A stretch of 53,403 bases of DNA, the filler included, from Mitosporidium daphniae (taxonomy: Eukaryota), in the NCBI RefSeq assembly GCF_000760515.2. It is 2 parts of 2 records of this genome, joined end to end, with 100 filler letters (N's around TTAATTAATTAA, not from the genome) between each part and the next. Parts side by side here need not be neighbours in the genome. Positions count along the whole stretch, not along the records: positions 26,791 to 53,403 come from NW_013546156.1; 1 more part is not named here. One strand, 5' to 3'. Below the pieces are notes generated by a model that was not told the origin of the DNA, searched no databases, and was given only the letters and a program-made list of their open reading frames with translations. This document shows positions 49,904-53,403 of this stretch, in pieces (within the stretch, counting starts at the first letter, position 1; every line of letters starts with the position of its first letter). A program made the position numbers and the translations under genes.

Positions 49904-52100
49904 GTCGATCAAAAGGTCTTTGTTGTGTTTTCTACTCAAAGCAGCAATGCTTTGATGCGCAAAAATGGGACATTTTAATAAATTTTTTGTTTGACACATG
50001 TTTTGTGTGCATTGGCCCCAAACTTACGACTCATACAAATGGGGAAGCCCACAATTTTCAACACAAGTGAATAAAAAATCATGTCAATGAGGACATTAGT
50101 GCAAGCATGCATCTCGATGCGCATATAAAAACCTACTCAGATTTAGACACCTTCTTATTAACAGTCTGCCTTGTTTATTTGTTCCTATTTCAAAGTTGAT
50201 AACACGAATAAATGGAAGCGCTAAAACCAACTCTAAATAAAGGCAATGTTGATTGCATCTTATAGCCTGGTTTTATAGTAACTCGTCCAAATAGACATGC
50301 ATCATATTTGGACAGATGGTTTGGATTAAGCCAAAACTAGATCGATTTAATGGTGCTATTATATTTTCAATATTCAAGTGCATTGAGGTTAGGGTGAAAG
50401 ATACCTTTCCGCATCAAATAGACGAAAAAGAAACCGCAGGAGAAAGAGACCAAATATCCCCAATGAAAGCGAAGACCGCGCTTTTAGAAGGCGCCATTCC
50501 AAAGTTGAAAAAGATTTGCGAAAAAATTGGAGTCTTGCCTTGATGTCGCTATGAACTAAAAGGGTTTCTTTTGTCACCAAGTCTTGTAAATTCTTGTTCC
50601 AGCAAATTGAATGTTCAGGAATGATATAAAACATAAAATTATGTGAAAAAACCATGAAAGACCCCGTTCTGGTCCCTTGTACACCTGGCTATGTGTGGGG
50701 ACGAGGGAGCAGAAGAAGCTACTACGGATGTTGCAGAAAACCAGTGCATTGAAGAATTGAGCTGTTCCTTTCTGCTTTTCTTGCCAATGGAATGGCTTTT
50801 AAATGTGATGGGGCAGTGAAAAACAAGCAGTTTTGCATGAAAACTGAGCGCCGTGGATACATTGCAAAGATGTTGATGATGTGAACACTGCAATCATGAA
50901 TTGTTTTCAATTGAGATCTCTTTTACAGGTTTCTTCCGAATAACAATTTTGCACCTTTTAGCACGAGATGATGCGGCGATGATGGTGTTGAGAGGCCCTG
51001 CTCATGAGAGGGATCCGGTGTCTGAATCCAGATTTTGAATTTTCCAAGCGTCGTCTTGTATGCCTTTTGAGAAGAAACCTTCAAAGATAGCGGAGAGCAA
51101 AATTAATGTGCGGAAGGGTCTTCAATTGTAGCATTTGAAGCCTGTTTGCAGTCAATATGTCAAAAGTGGATGATTACAAATGGACGCATGCTGTTGGATT
51201 TCTGCAGCCGTTGCTCGAGTATGGGGATCCTCTAAAAAGAGAGCAGCTAGAAACGAAATGTCGTTTTCTGAAACCCGTCCGGCCAAATCACTAAAAGAAT
51301 CGGAGCAGACTGAAAATTTCGAGTCCGGAATTTGTATGCAAGTGTGCCAAATGACTAAATATCAATGGGCTATCAACACTGGGTCGCTCAAGCCAATTTA
51401 CTCTCACTAAAAGATAAAATAAAAGCCAATTCAGGGCTAAATATGCCGGTGTTCCACAGTCCATTGGATAGGAGTCGGCGATAAAGTTCTCCTTGGCGAT
51501 TGAAAGCCCAAAACCGACCGGTTTATGTATGCAAATTGAAGGGATAAGCTTACAGCGGTCACGCAGCCCGTTTTTTGGAGAATTTTTGAAAGCTTAATAT
51601 ATTAATGGAGAATCCCATGTCGATGCGTAAAGGAAATGCCCGCTGCAATTGAGAGCAGATATGCTCTGACTTTTGCTTCGCATAGCATTCCGCAAGAGTC
51701 AAAAAGATGCTGTGAACGCGTTCCTCGCCATACACATTCGCTAAAATTAAATGGGTGATTTTTGGATTTGGCCTCGCGCTCAACAATTGATGGGTGAAGC
51801 CTCATTTTCAATGTCGATGGCTGAGGACGTGGATATCTAAATGATAAATCGCTACGTGCTACCAGCTCAAGGGAAAAATTGAAAGTATCTGGAAATTGGT
51901 GTCTTCAATAAACCTTTGACGAGGAGCCGCACGCAATTTTACCAATCAGGCGATAGGTGCGGCCATCAATTGTATGCGACAAGATCAAATAATTTCAATA
52001 TCCAATTTATTAAACCCTAAATTTTCAACCAGCTTGCCTATGATTCCTACGCCCCAGGCTCAACAGGCACAGTATGATTAGATGATACGTTGGTTTGATA

Positions 52101-53403
52101 TCAAAAAGTAGAATTCACGTTATAATTCTTTTTACAGCAACAAAATATGCGGAAAAATTGCGTATTGCAGAAAAACTTGGCTAATTTTTCGTATAATCCT
52201 AACCCAGAAAATGCCATAATTAGCGTGAAAACAGCGAAAAAGACACTAGAAATGAGAAATGCAAACACATTTAAAGAGGAAAGAATCTTAGTTGTGGTAA
52301 AGGTAACTAGGAAAGCACATAACCAATTTAAAGTATATCCAAACGGATTATAAGCATTCTGAAGGCTTTTGGGTAGGATTTCTGGAGTAATCATCCAAGG
52401 GCTAGGTCCAAATCCAAATGAAAAACAAAAGATAAAGCAGAATGCAGTAGCAGATTTTATAAGCGCTATATTTTCCAAGAAACCAGGGAAAAAAACTAAA
52501 AACAAGATTAAACATACAACTCCACTAATTAAAATGATAGATTTTATATCAAAATGATTCACTAGATTGCCGAGACAATTATTGCATGCATCTTCCGAGT
52601 CTTTTAGAGCCTCAATTGCAACATTCAAAAGAGTTCCAACGAAATTTGCAACACCCAAAACGATATAAATATTCGGCGAGTCGGCAAATATCTCTTCTGT
52701 GTATGAAAAATATCCGCTAATAGAAGAGAACTGTTGAAACATATACAAGCAGACGAAAAGTATCAAATTTTCAAATATTTTTCCAAAACCCGCATTAGGG
52801 TCAGAGTCGAGGTTAGAGTTAGTCTCATTATTATCAAGGCTAGGGCTAATACCATTCAGCTCAATGGTTTCTTGGATGTTTGGGTTAGGGTTAGAGTTAG
52901 AAAGAGAAATAAAAAGACGACAAACTGCCAAAACGCTAAATAGAAATGATAATAATGCATTTGCGGCATTAAAGTTCTTCCACGCAGAAAAAGATCTATT
53001 GAGAACATACTGCTTCAGGAGTCCAGAAAAAAGTATTCCTGCTGCAATACTTAGTTGATAAGAGATTTTAAATCTCTTGGCTATAGCCTTAGAATCTGAA
53101 TCCATGAAGAAACGGTTATAGGTAACATCAGCGACTTTTCTAGAAATCCCAATACCCATTCCAAAAAAAAAACGCCCAAAAGCTAGAATCTTCCAATTGA
53201 AGGAAAAAATTAAAATCGTTGTTCCAGTAGCGAATAATATTGAACACAAACAATTATACCCTTGGATGTTCCATTCAGGGGCAAAAAATATGCTAATAAA
53301 AGATGCAAGCGCTCCGCCTAAATAAAAAAAAGAAACAGCAACAGAACGTTCTATCTCAGAGCCAACTTTGAAACTAAAAAACGAGTTATGTATATGTAAA
53401 TAC
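52101..53403 (-). CDS. MFS sugar porter family transporter, 5' end outside the window
   Basis: FGRFFFGMGIG, FQQFSSI, FSFGFGPSPW.I.PEILP, LNWL..F; probable 29-nt intron at 53375-53403. Confidence 0.85.
   Translation of the reverse strand, partial: YLHIHNSFFSFKVGSEIERSVAVSFFYLGGALASFISIFFAPEWNIQGYNCLCSILFATGTTILIFSFNWKILAFGRFFFGMGIGISRKVADVTYNRFFMDSDSKAIAKRFKISYQLSIAAGILFSGLLKQYVLNRSFSAWKNFNAANALLSFLFSVLAVCRLFISLSNSNPNPNIQETIELNGISPSLDNNETNSNLDSDPNAGFGKIFENLILFVCLYMFQQFSSISGYFSYTEEIFADSPNIYIVLGVANFVGTLLNVAIEALKDSEDACNNCLGNLVNHFDIKSIILISGVVCLILFLVFFPGFLENIALIKSATAFCFIFCFSFGFGPSPWMITPEILPKSLQNAYNPFGYTLNWLCAFLVTFTTTKILSSLNVFAFLISSVFFAVFTLIMAFSGLGLYEKLAKFFCNTQFFRIFCCCKKNYNVNSTF

Noticed and set aside
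52880..52900. Telomere-like TTAGGGTTAGAGTTAG
   Set aside because: Short, degenerate, and encodes SNSNPNP in the transporter loop

Overview
Very compact, intron-containing eukaryotic DNA with about 40 protein genes and one 5S rRNA gene in 53 kb. Introns are mostly 24-32 nt GT-AG and intergenic spacers are often only 15-60 bp. The genes look opisthokont/fungal and include factors for a respiring, DNA-bearing mitochondrion (SDHAF3, COX19, ERV1, cardiolipin synthase, mitoribosomal proteins mL46 and bS6m, mitochondrial-type GluRS, NFU1). This fits an early-diverging microsporidian/Rozellomycota parasite such as Mitosporidium; that assignment is inferred, not searched. An N-gap with a TTAATTAATTAA linker at 26691-26790 joins two contigs and truncates an NhaC-like antiporter and TFB2. 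Most notable: (1) a mitochondrial-type GluRS separated from an in-frame Arc1p/EMAP-II tRNA-binding domain by one TAG that lies inside a plausible 27-nt intron, i.e. a possible splice-controlled fusion; (2) an Integrator subunit 6 homolog; (3) head-to-head pairs of functionally related genes about 20 bp apart (NBP35/NFU1, COX19/ERV1); (4) a prokaryote-type NhaC antiporter; (5) a secreted acidic repeat protein. Coordinates of multi-exon genes are hand-derived gene spans and product calls rest on recalled motifs.
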